DNA of 64,000 nt from the human T2T-CHM13v2.0 reference genome, Homo sapiens, in assembly GCF_009914755.1 (NCBI RefSeq), contig NC_060925.1. One strand, 5' to 3'. The notes beneath the pieces are model-generated. The model saw nothing but the letters and a program-made list of their open reading frames with translations, searched no databases and was not told where the DNA came from. Positions 61,220 to 64,000 of the stretch are shown here, in pieces. How positions within the stretch are numbered: position 1 is the stretch's first letter; each line of letters begins with the position of its first letter. The translations under genes and the position numbers were made by a program.

Positions 61220-62329
61220 TTCTTTATCTGAATTATTTGAACATTTATAATAAAAATTATTTATTTAATATTTATGTAATTGGAGTATATAATCTTAATG
61301 AGATCACAGTGATTATAAGTACAGGAATATGAAAAAGTCCATTAATGCAAAGCTGTCAGGGCCATCTTGAAAATTATCCTAAATGACATAAACTATTTCT
61401 ATTCAAATCTGGCTTTCATTATGTTAATAATTAGAATTTTTAATATTAATACTATTTAAAGGATATTTCAACAGCTAACTCCTTTTACTTTTCATTTCAT
61501 TTTGATTTTTACAATGTTTCCCACACTATGAAACTTTCTATAGAAGTTTATGCTGGTTCATCACCTCTATCATCAAACTAAAGATCTGCATGCTATATAT
61601 ACGAAGATCTATTGCTCCACTTTTCAAAGGATCATTTTACATTTTTGCTTTGATGTCAAATGAGATTTTTAGTCAGTTTCCTGAAATAGTGTAATTAGCA
61701 CCAAATTAAATCTCCAGAGCATAATTCCTAAATAACCCTATTACCTCTATTCTCACCCTAGACCATGAGCACTTTTGTAACTGTGCTAGCACTTATTCAA
61801 GATGCCCTTAAAGTATAATAATAAAAAAAGACGCCCTGGATATCATGCATCTGAGTAAATATTAGGTGATGGATAGATGGACCAATGGATGACGTGATAT
61901 TTGGAAATCACTGTAGAGATAAGTATATCTGACCTCAGTCTTCTGTTTTAAATCTTTCCTTAAATCATTCATAGTCACCATAAGGACATCCACTTCCAGT
62001 GAAGTAGTTTTACAGCTTTATTAGAAGACATTTAGGGATCAGGGTGCAGAGATGCTTAATAAGTACATAAGGCTTAAATAGGATACTCTGCTACTCTGTG
62101 ACTTTGTACATTCTTTATTACAAAATTTGCATGTACCCACCCTGAAAAACAGATGCCTGCATTGTGATTCCCTCAAACAATAAAAGCAATTAGGTTTTGT
62201 ATGATGTTTTGCCAGGTGCAAATTAATCTCATATATATTACCCGGAAAACCCCTATTTAAAATTGCAAACCACTTTTACACATATCCCCTATTTCCAATC
62301 CCCTATCTTTCTTTTTCCCCCATAACAAC

Positions 62330-62550
62330 AAACACCTTCTAGCATATTATATAATTTATTTATATAATCGATTTATTGTCTGTCACTTCTCTATCTTGCC
62401 AACTCCAACAAACCCACATCCACATTATAAGCTATGTGAGAGAAAGGAATTATGTTTCTTTTCTTCACTGCTGAATCTCTCATGCCTAAAACACAAACTG
62501 GTACATAATAGGTGATCAGTAAAATTTCATTGAATAAAAGAATGAATGCA
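62330..62550 (+). mobile_element. L2 3' end
   Basis: ttcactgctgaatctctcatgcctaaaacac...ggtacataataggtgatcagtaaaatttcattgaataaaagaatgaatg. Confidence 0.65.
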
Positions 62551-62615
62551 GTTTTTACAACATTTTTACGTTTTTTTAAATGGGTAAAATTTGAGGATGA
62601 GGGAGTTTGGGTTGC

Positions 62616-62925
62616 TTTGTTTTGTTTCATTTTGTTTTGTTCTGAGACAGCCTCACTCTGTTGCCAAGCCTGGAGAACAGTGCGCTCACTGCAGGCTTAA
62701 CTCTCTGGTCTCAGGTCTCAAGCAATCCTCTCCACTCAGCCTCCTGAGGAGCTGGGACTCCAGGCACCCGCCACCAGGTCTGGCTAATTTTGGTATTTTT
62801 TTGGTAGAGATGGGGGTCATCTCACTTGGTTGCCCAGGACGGTCTGAAACTCCTGAGCTCAAGTGATCCTCCTACCTCAGCCTCCCAAAGTGCTGGGATT
62901 ACAGGTGTGAGCACCTCACCCAGCC
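62616..62925 (-). mobile_element. AluJ-type element
   Basis: (TTTTG)n tail; ctcctgagctcaagtgatcctcctacctcagcctcccaaagtgctgggattacagg. Confidence 0.9.
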
Positions 62926-63486
62926 ACTTTGGCTTTTTGAATATTAGAAGTATAACTCCAGTTCTCCCTGTTTTGCCTTGCAATTAAATTACATGACATC
63001 AACATCAGCAGCAGCAGCATGATTCAAGTTTTGCACAAATACATAGACGTCTTTTAAATTCTAAGACAAATAGCTGATTCTCCCGGGTCAGCCTGTTGCA
63101 CTTCACCTTTGTCTGCATCACTTTGGGTTCAGCACAGAATGAAACTGAGGGTGGAGATGGGGAAGGATGCTGCAGACAGTCAATATGGATGCCAGTTTGC
63201 TTGAAAAGTTTTAAAAATCACGGTAAATTCATTTGCAAAGAGAATCTACATAATATAGGCATATAGTCAATACTACTGTAAAACATGTTCTGCCCCAAAT
63301 TGTCTTATGAAATGCTTTGCAGCATCTGTGTGTAATCAGATCTATTTATTGGCATTATTCCACAGTCAGATTTGTTCATATTCTCTGAACACATGAAGAC
63401 TTTGTAGGAGAGAAATTTGAATTTTATCTCAGCTTGAGCAGATTCAGAGTCAGTGTGAAGGAAATGGAGTGAGAAGGATGCTGGTC

Positions 63487-64000
63487 TTTTTTTTTAAATT
63501 TTATTGCTATTATACTTTAAGTTTTCGGGTACATATGCACAACGTGCAGGTTTGTTACATATGTATACATGTGCCATGTTGGTGTGAAGCACCCATTAAC
63601 TCATCATTTAGCATTAGGTATCTCTCCTAAAGCTATCCCTCCCCCCTCCCCCCACCCCACAACAGTCCCCGGAGTGTGATGTTCCCCTTCCTGTGTCCAT
63701 GTGTTCTCATTGTTCAATTCCCACCTATGAGTGAGAACATGTGGTGCTTGGTTTTTTGTCCTTGCAATAGTTTGCTGAGAATGATGGTTTCCAGTTTCAT
63801 CCATGTCCCTACAAAGGACATGAACTCATCATTTCTTATGGCTGCGTAGTATTCCATGGTGTATATGTGCCACATTTTCTTAATCCAGTCTATCGTTGTT
63901 GGACATTTCGGTTGGTTCCAAGTCTTTGCTATTGTGAATAGTGCCGCTATAAACATATGTGTGCATGTGTCTTTATAGCAGCATGATTTATAATCCTTTG
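63487..64000 (-). mobile_element. L1PA 3' end (continues beyond the window)
   Basis: T tail, then tatactttaagttttcgggtacatatgcac; ORF2 C-terminal peptide at 63714-63956. Confidence 0.95.

Overview
This is primate genomic DNA, very probably human, and is AT-rich and repeat-dense. It holds the last five coding exons (probably exons 3-7) of PLPPR4 (LPPR4/PRG-1) on the + strand. All five have AG acceptors, the four internal ones have GT donors, the phases match, the stop is at 17347, and a ~2.6 kb 3'UTR ends near 19920. The remaining ~44 kb is intergenic and filled with L1, Alu, L2, MIR, MaLR/ERV LTR and DNA-transposon remnants. Apart from PLPPR4 and decayed L1 ORF2 pieces, the ORFs in the track look spurious. 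I see no support for a new gene system. The most interesting signals are mutational and retrotranspositional: (1) a younger L1 carrying a short 3' transduction, nested inside a 5'-inverted (twin-primed) older L1, both with TSDs; (2) a tail-to-tail Alu pair whose 45-nt spacer is a copy of unique DNA 3.6 kb away, with a fold-back replacement inside one Alu; (3) an unexplained 40-bp-arm hairpin at 26766-26857; (4) a 30-nt direct repeat bracketing a PLPPR4 exon; (5) an old local duplication in which each copy shows the empty site of the other's insertion. Repeat subfamily calls come from my recall of consensus sequences and need Dfam/RepeatMasker confirmation.
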